From: Verrucomicrobiaceae bacterium
Lineage (GTDB): Bacteria; Verrucomicrobiota; Verrucomicrobiia; Verrucomicrobiales; Akkermansiaceae
NCBI GenBank assembly: GCA_051252135.1
Contig: JBPOGH010000007.1
Location: 128,001-192,000 of the forward strand
Reading direction: 5' to 3'
Length of the DNA stretch: 64,000 bases
Positions 40,480 through 50,378 of this stretch are shown in pieces (position 1 is the first letter of the stretch; every line of letters begins with the position of its first letter). A model generated the notes under the pieces. The model made no database searches. It saw nothing but the letters and a program-made list of their open reading frames with translations, and was not told where the DNA came from. A program made the translations under genes and the position numbers.

Positions 40480-41617
40480 CGAAAAACCCGATCCCGATGA
40501 GGAAAACGTCCCAGAGGGGATGGTGAAGAAGGTTCGCCGGGTGCGCAGGAAACGTCGGTCGAAACAATCAGAGTCCGCGGGCTCGATCTTTGACAAGGGG
40601 AAGGAGCTCCTCAAGAAGATGGAAGACGACGATGACGGTCAGGGTCACGTCGATGTCGCGGAGCAAATCCGGCGTCTCAAGAAGGATGGTGACGAGGACA
40701 AGCCACTGGACGATGTGTGGGGAACCAAGAAACGTTCGACGTCCTGGCTGTGGATCAGTCTTGTGGCGGTGATCGTTCCGGTGATTGGTATGGGAATCGG
40801 AATTGCGATTTTCAAAGAGTCCAAGCAGGCAAAAGACAAGGAGGTCGAAGAGTTGAAGATTTTTTCAGGGGATGAGGACGATTGGGATGCGCAGGATTCC
40901 AGTGAGCCTCATTCTTGGTTTCATGCGGACTCAATGGTGGCGACGAATCAGGCAGTCGATATCTTGCGGTTGTTGAATTTGGCAGAGAGCCCCACCGAAG
41001 TGATGGAGTTCATCAGGAATTCACCCTACAGAGAACTCAATCCGGTGGATTTAGAGGCGTGGGGGTCACCCGCAAGAATTAAAACTCTCCAGGATATTTC
41101 GTGGCAACTTGAAACGGTGGCTCCTCCGGGCGGGTTGTCGAAGGAGAAGCGGGGTTATCTCGTGATCAGAGGGAAGCGGGAAGATGAAGAGTCCTTTGAG
41201 GCATTTTTTGTTCATGAGGATGGGAAGGTTTTGCTGGATTGGGATGCAACGATGGCCTGGAGTGAGGTGAGCTTTCCTGATCTTGTGATGAATCGGCCCC
41301 GGAATGCGGTTATAGTGCGGGGTTTGATCGAGAAGAAGGCGGCCTATGATACTGAAAATCGCAGAGTGCAATATTCCGGGTATCGGTTGACGAGTCCGAC
41401 CGGGGAGGAGTTTATTTTCGCCAGTGTGCCTTTGACATCAGATCGGGCAGAGTCAATGGATGAAGAGTTGAAGACGATTCTCAATTACGGCCGATGGATC
41501 GGTGAACTGCGGATGGACAAGCAGGTTACGCTACGAATCCAGTATGGAAACGAGCAAGGGGTCGGCAGCCGGTTTGAGATCGTGGATGTGCTCCACGAGG
41601 GTTGGGTCAGGCCTTAA
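40472..41617 (+). CDS. Hypothetical single-TM protein (distant paralog of upstream gene)
   Basis: KKVRRVRRKRR, TM, LLDWDA..WS motif; overlaps upstream stop. Confidence 0.75.
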   Translation: MSDEKPDPDEENVPEGMVKKVRRVRRKRRSKQSESAGSIFDKGKELLKKMEDDDDGQGHVDVAEQIRRLKKDGDEDKPLDDVWGTKKRSTSWLWISLVAVIVPVIGMGIGIAIFKESKQAKDKEVEELKIFSGDEDDWDAQDSSEPHSWFHADSMVATNQAVDILRLLNLAESPTEVMEFIRNSPYRELNPVDLEAWGSPARIKTLQDISWQLETVAPPGGLSKEKRGYLVIRGKREDEESFEAFFVHEDGKVLLDWDATMAWSEVSFPDLVMNRPRNAVIVRGLIEKKAAYDTENRRVQYSGYRLTSPTGEEFIFASVPLTSDRAESMDEELKTILNYGRWIGELRMDKQVTLRIQYGNEQGVGSRFEIVDVLHEGWVRP

Positions 41618-42530
41618 GGACGCTGGCGAGGCCGGCTCTCATCACTTGCACCGGAGCGTCTTGCCCGGTCCAATATTCGAGAGAGAGGGCCCCCTGATGG
41701 AGGAGGAGGGAAAGTCCGTTGGCGGTTCTGGCTCCCTGGGCTTCCGCAGCTCTGAGGAGGCGTGTTTTAGCCGGGTTGTAGATGGTGTCGTAGACCAAGT
41801 GGTGGGGTTCGATCCAGCCGGTTGGGATGGGGGCGGGATCGGTTTGCTTCAGACCGACCGAGGTGGTGTTGATAATGAGCTCGGCGTTGGCAATGGCTTC
41901 TTCCAGGGCGGGGTCGGTGAGGGTGAAGATTTGAATTCGATCTCCGGGGCCTTCGAGGCGGTCATCGTGGACGAGGGGGAAGAGATCGGCTTTGATTTTC
42001 TCAACTTTTTGGATGGTGCGGTTGGCGAGGGTCAATTGGGGGCACTCTTCCAAACAGCATTGGGTGGCGATGGCGCGACCAGCTCCGCCTCCGGCTCCCA
42101 GAATGACCACGCGGAGATCGCTGAGGTCGACGCCGAAGTCCTCCCGAACGGCCCGAACGAATCCGGGACCGTCGGTGTTGAAGCCGATCCGTTGGTCCTG
42201 GTCTCCAAAGACGATGGTGTTCACAGCACCCATTAATCGGGCTCCGGAATTGACCTCATCACAGGCTTCGAGGGCCTCGAGCTTGTGGGGCACGGTGACG
42301 TTGATTCCGTTGATTCCGGCTTTGCGTAGCTTGGTGAAGGCTTCGGCAACGCGGCCTTCGGGCACTTCGACCCGAACATATCGGGCATTCAGTTCCAGGG
42401 CGTCGAGGGCAGGTTGATGGAGCTGGGGAGAAAGGGAGTGGGCGACCGGATTACCGATGACGGCAAAGCGGGCGGGCTTGGATTCGCCATCGTTCAGGGA
42501 TGCCAATTCGTCGAGATGGTAGACCTTCAT
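41607..42530 (-). CDS. aroE: Shikimate dehydrogenase
   Basis: GNPVAHSLSP, NVTVPHK, AVNT, NTDG.G, GAGG, NRT, YD.IYNP..T. Confidence 0.95.
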   Translation of the reverse strand: MKVYHLDELASLNDGESKPARFAVIGNPVAHSLSPQLHQPALDALELNARYVRVEVPEGRVAEAFTKLRKAGINGINVTVPHKLEALEACDEVNSGARLMGAVNTIVFGDQDQRIGFNTDGPGFVRAVREDFGVDLSDLRVVILGAGGGAGRAIATQCCLEECPQLTLANRTIQKVEKIKADLFPLVHDDRLEGPGDRIQIFTLTDPALEEAIANAELIINTTSVGLKQTDPAPIPTGWIEPHHLVYDTIYNPAKTRLLRAAEAQGARTANGLSLLLHQGALSLEYWTGQDAPVQVMRAGLASVLKA

Positions 42531-43819
42531 GAGAGGAGGGAGGTGAAACGGTTGATGCGGCGAACGACTTCGTCTTTTCCGAGGATTTCGAGGATGGCGC
42601 CCAGGTCCGGGCCACCGGTTTTTCCGGAAAGGGCGACGCGGAGGGGGAACATGAGTTGGCCCGGCTTGGCGTTGTTTGCCTTGGCGGTGGTTCCGATTTG
42701 AGCTTTAGGATCGGACCAATCGGGGAGGTTCGCGAAGTCGCCCGCCAGTGTCTGAAGGAGGGGCGCGGCGGTGTCGTTCCCTTTGACCTTGGCCAAGGCG
42801 TCGTCTTCGATCGGGTAGTCCGGATCGAGGAAAAATTGAATGGCATCGGGGACTTCGGTGAGGAGGGTAACCTTTTCCTGAATGGAGAGGAGGATGTCAC
42901 GGGAGGGCTCGCCTTCACAGAAGGGGCGGGCGGCGTCGACAAATTGATCCGGAGTGAGTTCGAGCAGGTGTTGCTGGTTGACCCATTTGCATTTGGTGGG
43001 ATCGAATCGGGCTGGGGAGCGATTAATTCCGTCGAGGGAGAATTTTTCGATGAGTTGCGATGCGCTGAAAATCTCCGAGTCATCTTTGGGCGACCATCCC
43101 AAGAGGGCGAGGAAGTTGACGACGGCGGAAGGGAGGAAGCCCTGGACGGCGTAGTCGCCAAGGGCGGCGCCTTCATCACGTTTGGACATTTTGGAGCCAT
43201 CTCCGTTGAGGATGAGGGGGATGTGGGCGTACTGAGGAGCCGGTGCGCCGAAGGCTTCGATGAGTTGAAGGTGCTTCGGGGTATTCATGAGGTGGTCCTC
43301 GCCACGAATCACGTGGGTGATTCCCATGGTGAGGTCATCAACGACATTGACGAAGTGGAATACGAAGCTGCCATCGGAGCGACGGATGACCATGTCCGGG
43401 GTGTTTGATTCATCGGTGTAGTCGATGGTGACTTCTCCGCAAACCATGTCGGTCATGGTGATTTTTTTGCGCTCGAAGCGGAAGCGCCATGCTCCGTCGT
43501 CCTCGTAGACGCGATCGGCTTTTACCAATTTTTCGAACCACTCGAGGTAGATGGCATTGCGCTCGCTTTGGAAGTAGGGGCCCACGGCACCTTCGTTACC
43601 GGGGCCTTCCCAGTCGAGGTTGAGCCATTTGAGTCCTTCGAAGATTGCGGCGCGGGCTTCCTCGGTGTTCCGGGCGGCATCGGTATCTTCGACACGGAGG
43701 ACAAAGGTGCCGCCGAGGTTTTTGGCGAAGAGCCAGTTGAAGAGGGCGGTGCGGGCTCCGCCGACATGTAAGTAGCCGGTGGGCGAGGGAGCAAATCGGG
43801 TGCGGACGGGTGCGGACAT
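42527..43819 (-). CDS. gltX: Glutamate--tRNA ligase
   Basis: RFAPSPTGYLHVGGART, LRVEDTD, HVIRGEDH, KMSKR. Confidence 0.96.
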   Translation of the reverse strand: MSAPVRTRFAPSPTGYLHVGGARTALFNWLFAKNLGGTFVLRVEDTDAARNTEEARAAIFEGLKWLNLDWEGPGNEGAVGPYFQSERNAIYLEWFEKLVKADRVYEDDGAWRFRFERKKITMTDMVCGEVTIDYTDESNTPDMVIRRSDGSFVFHFVNVVDDLTMGITHVIRGEDHLMNTPKHLQLIEAFGAPAPQYAHIPLILNGDGSKMSKRDEGAALGDYAVQGFLPSAVVNFLALLGWSPKDDSEIFSASQLIEKFSLDGINRSPARFDPTKCKWVNQQHLLELTPDQFVDAARPFCEGEPSRDILLSIQEKVTLLTEVPDAIQFFLDPDYPIEDDALAKVKGNDTAAPLLQTLAGDFANLPDWSDPKAQIGTTAKANNAKPGQLMFPLRVALSGKTGGPDLGAILEILGKDEVVRRINRFTSLLS

Positions 43820-43867
43820 CGCGGAGAGCTATAGCGTGCTCTTCACGGAGGAGCAACGGGAATGCCG

Positions 43868-44356
43868 CTAGTAGAGCGTCTTTCGCGGCTGTTTGTCGGG
43901 TTCGGCCATTTTTTCGAAATCACCTTCTTCACAGCATCGGACGAAGCCTTCGCCATAGCATTTGAGTTTATCCCATTGGGTGCGGATTTCTTCGGCTTCA
44001 TCCCCGGTGATGGAGCTATCTGCCGCTGCTTGGGAAATGCGGGTGAGGAGGCTGCCGAATTGGGAGACGATTTCGTTGGTGGCCGGGAGGACCTGGAATC
44101 CTTGCTGGCAGCTGCTTTCGGGGTTGCGAACGAAGTAGCCGTCATTTTTTTCGCAAAGCCACTCAATGATTTTTGGTTCTTTGGTGAGGCGGATGACCTC
44201 AAGGAGGCGGTCGAGGGGGTTCCGGGATCCGCTTCCGCTAGCAGATTGTTCCTGGGCCCATTTATAAACAAGCGACAGGGAAACGCCGAGTTCGGCGGCG
44301 ACTTCCTTAGGGCTGCAGTTTTTGAACGCTACTTTAAAGACCTCGTGAGATTCCAT
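43868..44356 (-). CDS. HTH protein, phage regulatory CII-like family
   Basis: KEVAAELGVSLSLVYKW HTH, NPLDR, WLC...GYFV, D..IT.DEA..IR..W. Confidence 0.7.
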   Translation of the reverse strand: MESHEVFKVAFKNCSPKEVAAELGVSLSLVYKWAQEQSASGSGSRNPLDRLLEVIRLTKEPKIIEWLCEKNDGYFVRNPESSCQQGFQVLPATNEIVSQFGSLLTRISQAAADSSITGDEAEEIRTQWDKLKCYGEGFVRCCEEGDFEKMAEPDKQPRKTLY

Positions 44357-44395
44357 CTAATGGGGAACCTAGAGAAATATTGCGCGGACGGCAAG

Positions 44396-45226
44396 CTACT
44401 GCTTCGGGACGTAGATTTGGGAGCCGGTTTTGATGATTTGGGCGGCGCTGAGTGAAACTTCGTTGAGCCGGTTGATGGTGCTGACATCCGTGCCGTAGAA
44501 TCTGGCGATGTCATCGAGTCTCCGGTTTTCGCTGACGGTGATGAGTTGTGGCGTGTTGGCCTTGGGAGCGGTGATTGGGGGGGTGGCGGGCGTTGGCCGA
44601 GGAGGGGTGGCGGAGGGCTTGGGTGTGGGCTTGCCGGAGGCAACGGGCCTGGAAACGGGAGGAGGGGACTGGGTGCTGGAGTTCCGGGGGAGGTTGAGTT
44701 TTTGACCAATCTGAATGATTTGGGGGTTCACTCCGGGGTTTACAGCGAGGAGATCCTTGAGGTTTACCTTATGCCGTCCTGCAATGGCCCCAAGGGTGTC
44801 TCCGGATTTGACGCGGTAGGAGGAAGAGGAGATGGCCGGTGTTGGCGAAGTGGTCTTTGCCGGGACCGGGGAGGAAGATGAACCGGGAAGTTGAATGGTG
44901 GTGCCGATAAGGAGGCGGCTGGGGTTTACGCGGGGATTGAGTGACTGAAGCCGGGAGATGGTGGTGCGATGGGATTTCGCGATTCCCCAGAAAGTGTCTC
45001 CTTTTTTTACACGATAGTTTCCGGATGAATGGGGAGAAGTGGAGGAAGTGGCTCGGGATGGTGTTCTCCCCGAGAGTCGCTGGACTTCAAGTTTCAGTTC
45101 CTGAACTTTGGAGCGGAGCTGGGAGACTTCCCGCTCAAGGTTTGAAATGCGGGCGCTCTGGTCGGCAGCACTGAGAGGTGCTGAAAGACAGAGAATCAGA
45201 GAAAGGTAAGCAGAGGCCGTCTTCAT
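44396..45226 (-). CDS. Secreted LysM peptidoglycan-binding protein (three LysM)
   Basis: Signal peptide, coiled coil, YRVKKGDTFWGIA, YRVKSGDTLGAIA, C-terminal LysM. Confidence 0.92.
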   Translation of the reverse strand: MKTASAYLSLILCLSAPLSAADQSARISNLEREVSQLRSKVQELKLEVQRLSGRTPSRATSSTSPHSSGNYRVKKGDTFWGIAKSHRTTISRLQSLNPRVNPSRLLIGTTIQLPGSSSSPVPAKTTSPTPAISSSSYRVKSGDTLGAIAGRHKVNLKDLLAVNPGVNPQIIQIGQKLNLPRNSSTQSPPPVSRPVASGKPTPKPSATPPRPTPATPPITAPKANTPQLITVSENRRLDDIARFYGTDVSTINRLNEVSLSAAQIIKTGSQIYVPKQ

Positions 45227-45271
45227 AGGAACGAGAAGAGGTTACCCTTTTTTGAGAAATATTCAAAGATA

Positions 45272-46264
45272 TTAACTATCAAGCTCTTGGTGCTTCTCCA
45301 GGGAGGCAGCAGAGATTTCACGAACCTGTTCGACAGAGGTGACCTGAGCCAGTTGTTGTCTGAGTGGTTTGGCACCGGGAAAGCCCTTGCAGTAGGTCAT
45401 GAGTCGGGATCTCATGGCCATAAGGGTGTGGCGTTCGTCGCCGTAGCGGTCTGAGTTAACAGCGAGCTCGCAATGTCTGATGACGAAGTGCCAGCGTTCT
45501 TCGACGGAGGGAGGGGGAAGTATTTCTCCGGATTGGAGGTAGTGCTTGGTTTCCTTGAAAATCCACGGGTTTTGCATGGCAGAGCGACCAATCATGATTC
45601 CGGAAACTGCGGTGGATTCTTTTCGATGTTTGAGGACCTCGGCGGAGTTGATATCGCCATTTCCAATGACGGGAATGGAAACGGCTCGGGCGCACTGGTC
45701 GATGAGGTCCCAATTGGCTTCACCGCGGTAGGATTGTGCTCTGGTGCGTCCGTGGACTGCGACGGCCTGGATGCCGGTTTCCTGGAGAATATGGCAGACT
45801 TCGGGGCCATTGATGGAGTCCTGGTCCCATCCGACGCGGATCTTACCGGTTACGGGGACCTGGTCTCCGACGGCTGCGACGATTTTTTGTGCGGTATCGG
45901 CAAGGAGGGGGCAGTCCCGAAGGAGGGAGGAACCTCCGTTCTTGGACACGACTTTATTGACGGGGCACCCGAAGTTAAGGTCGATGAAATCGGGGCGTTT
46001 CCAATCGATGATTTTTTTGGCGGCTTCACCCATGCGGGTGCCATCGGCTCCAAAGAGTTGGATGCCAACGGGGCGTTGTTCGTCGGTGAAGGTGGTGTAT
46101 CGACGGGTGCGATGGTCGGCCTGGAGGATGCCTTCGGCCGAGACGAACTCGGTCACCATGACATCGGCCCCAAGCTCTTTGCAAAGGGTTCGGAAAGTGA
46201 CGTCTGTTACGCCCGCCATGGGCGCAAGATAGAGAGGGAATTGATCCTGGAACCACGGGAGCAT
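45272..46264 (-). CDS. dusB: tRNA-dihydrouridine synthase B
   Basis: LAPMAGVTD, IDLNFGCP, VHGRTR, IGNGDI, MIGR...NPW. Confidence 0.92.
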   Translation of the reverse strand: MLPWFQDQFPLYLAPMAGVTDVTFRTLCKELGADVMVTEFVSAEGILQADHRTRRYTTFTDEQRPVGIQLFGADGTRMGEAAKKIIDWKRPDFIDLNFGCPVNKVVSKNGGSSLLRDCPLLADTAQKIVAAVGDQVPVTGKIRVGWDQDSINGPEVCHILQETGIQAVAVHGRTRAQSYRGEANWDLIDQCARAVSIPVIGNGDINSAEVLKHRKESTAVSGIMIGRSAMQNPWIFKETKHYLQSGEILPPPSVEERWHFVIRHCELAVNSDRYGDERHTLMAMRSRLMTYCKGFPGAKPLRQQLAQVTSVEQVREISAASLEKHQELDS

Positions 46265-46266
46265 GA

Positions 46267-46965
46267 TTATTCTTCCTCTTCGCTGGTGTCGTTTTTGGCA
46301 GGCTCCTCTGCTTCAGAGCTTTCTGATGCAGGGCTTTGGGCGCCATCAGGATCAATCCCGGGTTGGGGAGATTCCGCGGAATCAACCGGAGCGTCCGTGG
46401 ATTCGGGCTCTGGAGCGGGTTCTTGGTTGTCAGCGGAGACTTCTTGTTCCGGTTCCGGGGCGGGATCGAGGAGTTGGCGGACTTCGTTTTGAACTTTGTC
46501 GACATCCGAAAGCGGGATTTGCGGGTCTTTGATGATAAAGACATCGCCGGTCTTGCGGTGTTCGTAGACACGTAGAACTCCACTGGGGAGTTTTTGGGTG
46601 TCTGTTTCACGGAGAAGCTTTTGCCTTTCGAGCATTACGGCGAGAATATAGCGGACATTTTCAGTGTGTTCCTCGTCTTCTTCGACGAGGCGGCGAAGGA
46701 GGGTTTCGGGGTCGTCCTTGACGACGTCCTCGGTTTTCTCCTCCGCGACGGGAGCGTGGAAAACGGTTTTCCAATGGGAAAAGGGTTCGTCACCGTTTGA
46801 TTCGGTCAATTCTTTCCAAGCCTCGATGGTGAAATCCTTGCGGAGGTAACCGGATGAATTGGGATCCGGAAAAAGGGCCGCGTGAATGGTTTCCTCGTCC
46901 TCAAAAGGTCGTCCGGATCCGGCGCATTCGCGGGCTCGTGATTTGATGCTCCAAGGCTCTTTCAT
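46267..46965 (-). CDS. Conserved hypothetical protein with acidic tail
   Basis: 232-aa ORF within the lptF/G-dusB run. Confidence 0.75.
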   Translation of the reverse strand: MKEPWSIKSRARECAGSGRPFEDEETIHAALFPDPNSSGYLRKDFTIEAWKELTESNGDEPFSHWKTVFHAPVAEEKTEDVVKDDPETLLRRLVEEDEEHTENVRYILAVMLERQKLLRETDTQKLPSGVLRVYEHRKTGDVFIIKDPQIPLSDVDKVQNEVRQLLDPAPEPEQEVSADNQEPAPEPESTDAPVDSAESPQPGIDPDGAQSPASESSEAEEPAKNDTSEEEE

Positions 46966-47004
46966 TCTTAGTGGTTGGCTGGTGATTCCTTCGATGAAGC
47001 TGGT

Positions 47005-48414
47005 TTAGAATGGAAGGAGTTTTTTCAGCGTTTGATAGATGGGTCTGCCGACGAGACGTCGCTGAATGAGAATCAAGGCGAGGACGGTGGCGGCGATGTT
47101 TGTTCCCCAGGCTGCCCAAAACGGGGGCAGGTATCCGGATTCTCCGAGGGCGAGGAAGACGGTGGTGGTGAACATCATTCCGGCACAGAGAAAGATGGCG
47201 AGTGCGATTCCTCCGGCAGCGCCACGACGGGTAAAGACGATCCCCAGAGGCGCGGCGAGCAGGACAAGGGCGAGGCAGATGCCGGGTTGGGCCCAGCGAT
47301 AATGCCATTGGGTGAGGAAGCGCCGTTTGTTGGCCCAGGCTTCATTCTTATTTACTCTGAGCCATGAGTAGAGCTCGGGGACACCCAGGTTCTCGGCGGC
47401 GAGGCCCGGTTTGATGATTCGCCAGGGAGGCTCGGTCCATTTGATGCGCCGGTATTCTCCCTTGGGGATTTCGTATTCCGGCATCAGGGGACCTCCTTCA
47501 AAGAGATGGCGGTTGAGATGTTGGATCTCGACCTTGTCGAATACCCAGTTGGTTCGCTCGGAGTCCCAAGTGGCGGTTTCGGCCTGTAAGCGCATAACGG
47601 GTTCACCATCTGTATCAAATGTGCGGACGACGACGTTGCGCAGTGGTTCTCCTTGAGTGTGGTTGTAGGGAAAGCTACCGATGAACCAGAGGCGGCGATG
47701 TTTTTTGTTAAAGTAGACGACATTGCGTGCCTGACTGGTTGACCCCTCGCGCGCCTGTTCGATGAGGGCCTCCTTGTATCCGTCCGCCCAGGGGGCCCAT
47801 TGATAATTGAAGCCGAGGCAGAGGAGGCTTGCGAGGGAGCCCACGACGGCAAGTGGAAGAATCAGTCTGACGACGCCGCGGCCCGTCTGAATCATGGAGA
47901 CGATTTCCTGGCTTCGTGACATTTTGCCCAAACAGAAAAGTAGGGCGAGGAGGAGGGCGAAGGGAGCCAGCTCCACAAACACCAGAGGGAAGAGCATCCC
48001 ATAGTATCGGGCCATGAGCGCGCCGCCTCCTTCGGCATTCTTGAAATCCCCCATATTGTCGGTAAGGTCGAGGAGGGTCCAAATGGCGTATAGGGTTGAA
48101 AATGTGAGGATGAACGCCCCGAAGAATTGACGGATGAGGTAGCGATCCAGTGAGCGGACGAGGGCGTAGTAAAGTCCTCCCAGCGCAGGAATGAAGCAGA
48201 CCGCAGTCAGGACAGCGGGGCGCAAGAGGTGGGCAAAGGCGTAAGAATCGGGAAAGCCAATCAGGTGGAGATCCACGGCGTTTTGCTCCAAGGGTGCCAA
48301 GGTGGATGCCAGACCGGCTCCAAGGATCGCGAAGACGATGGCAGGGAGGAAGCGGTGAAACAGGTCGCGGGTGTCCAAGGCGGGAAAGCTAAACTGAAAG
48401 ATGGGTAAAGCCAA
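47005..48414 (-). CDS. LptF/LptG-family LPS export permease
   Basis: LDRYLIRQF, M.RSQEIVSM..TG, periplasmic beta domain, HYRWA.P...LLAAPLG, G.LPPFWAAW..N. Confidence 0.88.
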   Translation of the reverse strand: MALPIFQFSFPALDTRDLFHRFLPAIVFAILGAGLASTLAPLEQNAVDLHLIGFPDSYAFAHLLRPAVLTAVCFIPALGGLYYALVRSLDRYLIRQFFGAFILTFSTLYAIWTLLDLTDNMGDFKNAEGGGALMARYYGMLFPLVFVELAPFALLLALLFCLGKMSRSQEIVSMIQTGRGVVRLILPLAVVGSLASLLCLGFNYQWAPWADGYKEALIEQAREGSTSQARNVVYFNKKHRRLWFIGSFPYNHTQGEPLRNVVVRTFDTDGEPVMRLQAETATWDSERTNWVFDKVEIQHLNRHLFEGGPLMPEYEIPKGEYRRIKWTEPPWRIIKPGLAAENLGVPELYSWLRVNKNEAWANKRRFLTQWHYRWAQPGICLALVLLAAPLGIVFTRRGAAGGIALAIFLCAGMMFTTTVFLALGESGYLPPFWAAWGTNIAATVLALILIQRRLVGRPIYQTLKKLLPF

Positions 48415-48470
48415 CCGCTAAGCCTAACGGGTGAAAGGGTTTTCTTAAGTTACCCGTAGTAAGCGAAGTC

Positions 48471-50342
48471 ATGTTCACCCCACGACGCGAAGATCTTAAA
48501 CTTGCAGCTGCTTGCGGCCTCTTATTGATAGGAGGAATTGCCTTGTGGCCGCTGATTCCCGAACAAGGGATTGAATCAGCGGAAGGAGAGGTTCGACCAA
48601 GACGGGTCGAGAACCGGATTTCGATTCTTGAGAATTCGGTGGAGGAAGAGAACGGCGGGCCGCTGATCGATGGTGGAGATGGTTCTGCAACGCCGCGGGT
48701 ATCAGCAGGCGATGTGGCGCCGAATCGTGTCGTAGATGTGGACGGGGACGAACTTTCCAAGGAAGAGAGAGGGGGAGGCGCAGCGCAGTGGGAGAAAGAT
48801 GAGTATACAGTGATGTCCGGTCTGAGGGCCCGCCTGTTGATGGAAGCGGTGGAGCGTGCGCTTCATTCCAAAACCCCATGGTCCGATCTCTCAGTGGTGG
48901 CGATGGCCTTTGCGAGGGCGGGGGATCAGGAGACGGCTCAATATTGGTTCGCCCGTGCCGCACGGCTTGCCCAGGATCCCGACGATGTTGGTAAAGCCTC
49001 GAAAGCGATGCGGGAAGTGGTGAAGAGTCTGGTACAGGCCAAGTATCTCAAGGAGGCGTCTGAATTGATTAATAGAATTCCCGATCAAGGAGAGAAGGCA
49101 CGTGCCCAATCCGAGATGGTCCGTGCATTTGCCGGGAAGGGTGATTTTGAAGAAGCGAGAGAGATCGTATCGACCTTGGCAGACGACGCGGCAAAGGGGG
49201 TGGCGCTACGGTATATTGCCGAGTATGAAGCCAAACGTTTGGGGTTTGAGGAAGCAAGGCGGACGATTCAATCAATTTTGAAAGGCGATCTTCGTGATGA
49301 TGCTTCTTCACGAGTCGCTTTGATTCTTGCGGGAAAGGGAGAGGGGGAGTCGGCGATGGTTTTGGTAAACCAGATCGGAGATGAGCGGATTAGGGACCTG
49401 GCGCTGACGCGGATTGCCTCTCTCCAGTCGGCTGGAAGCGGCTTTTCGGCGGAATCTCTGATGACATTGATTAGCGATCCGTTTTTCCGTGACAGCGCGT
49501 TGCGTAACCTGGTTTCGAACGAACTGGATCGGCGTAATCTGGGGTCGGCGGAGACGGTGGCCAATCGAATTAAGAACGCCAACCAGCGAGCCAAGGCCTA
49601 CGAGTCATTGGTGATGTTGCAGATTCGCTATGGCGATGTGCGCGGAGCGTTTGAGAGGGCTCAGCGGATTCGACTGGAGGAGCCTCGATTTAGAGCCCTT
49701 CAGGCGGTGGCTATTTCCTATATCAAGGAGGCGGGAGTAGCCGCGGCGCGCAACATCGCCAATCTGATTGGCGACCCGGAGATGAGAGATAAGACCTACG
49801 GGAAGATTGCCTTTAGGGCTTCGCAAGTGGGTCAGAGTCGACAAGCGGAGGAAACGGCAGCCTATATCAGGGACTCGGGAGAGCGGGCAATGGTATTGGC
49901 AAATATCGCTCTGACTCAGGCAAAGTATGGAGATGATCAATTTGCCCGTCGACTGGCAGGGACTGTCAGCAAAGAAATTGAAGTGACCCAATCTGTCAGG
50001 GAATCGGAGCGGGCGACAGGTTTGCTTGCTGAAGTGCATGCGGAAACAGGAGATTCCAATGCGGCGTTCGAGGTCGCGTCTTCGATCGACAATAGCGGGG
50101 TGAGAGACATGACTTATCAGAAAATAGCGGTTCGTTTTGCGCGATCGAAAGAGCTTCATTTGGCTGAGCAGAGTGCCAACTTGATTGAACGTGACCTCAC
50201 CAGAGAGAGGGCACTCGACTCAGTAGCACAAGTTTTGGCTGGAGGGGTGTCGGCAGCCGATGCCCTCGACGTGGCCTCCCGGCTCGAGGGGCGACGTCAG
50301 CAGGTTCGATTTCTGGTGTCGGTTGCCGGACGAAAATCCTGA
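48471..50342 (+). CDS. Membrane-anchored alpha-helical repeat (TPR-like) protein
   Basis: N-terminal TM; recurring A..I.D...RD.A...IA...A..G units. Confidence 0.75.
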   Translation: MFTPRREDLKLAAACGLLLIGGIALWPLIPEQGIESAEGEVRPRRVENRISILENSVEEENGGPLIDGGDGSATPRVSAGDVAPNRVVDVDGDELSKEERGGGAAQWEKDEYTVMSGLRARLLMEAVERALHSKTPWSDLSVVAMAFARAGDQETAQYWFARAARLAQDPDDVGKASKAMREVVKSLVQAKYLKEASELINRIPDQGEKARAQSEMVRAFAGKGDFEEAREIVSTLADDAAKGVALRYIAEYEAKRLGFEEARRTIQSILKGDLRDDASSRVALILAGKGEGESAMVLVNQIGDERIRDLALTRIASLQSAGSGFSAESLMTLISDPFFRDSALRNLVSNELDRRNLGSAETVANRIKNANQRAKAYESLVMLQIRYGDVRGAFERAQRIRLEEPRFRALQAVAISYIKEAGVAAARNIANLIGDPEMRDKTYGKIAFRASQVGQSRQAEETAAYIRDSGERAMVLANIALTQAKYGDDQFARRLAGTVSKEIEVTQSVRESERATGLLAEVHAETGDSNAAFEVASSIDNSGVRDMTYQKIAVRFARSKELHLAEQSANLIERDLTRERALDSVAQVLAGGVSAADALDVASRLEGRRQQVRFLVSVAGRKS

Positions 50343-50378
50343 CTGTTCATCTGAAAAAGTCGGGATAGTTTCCGGCTA

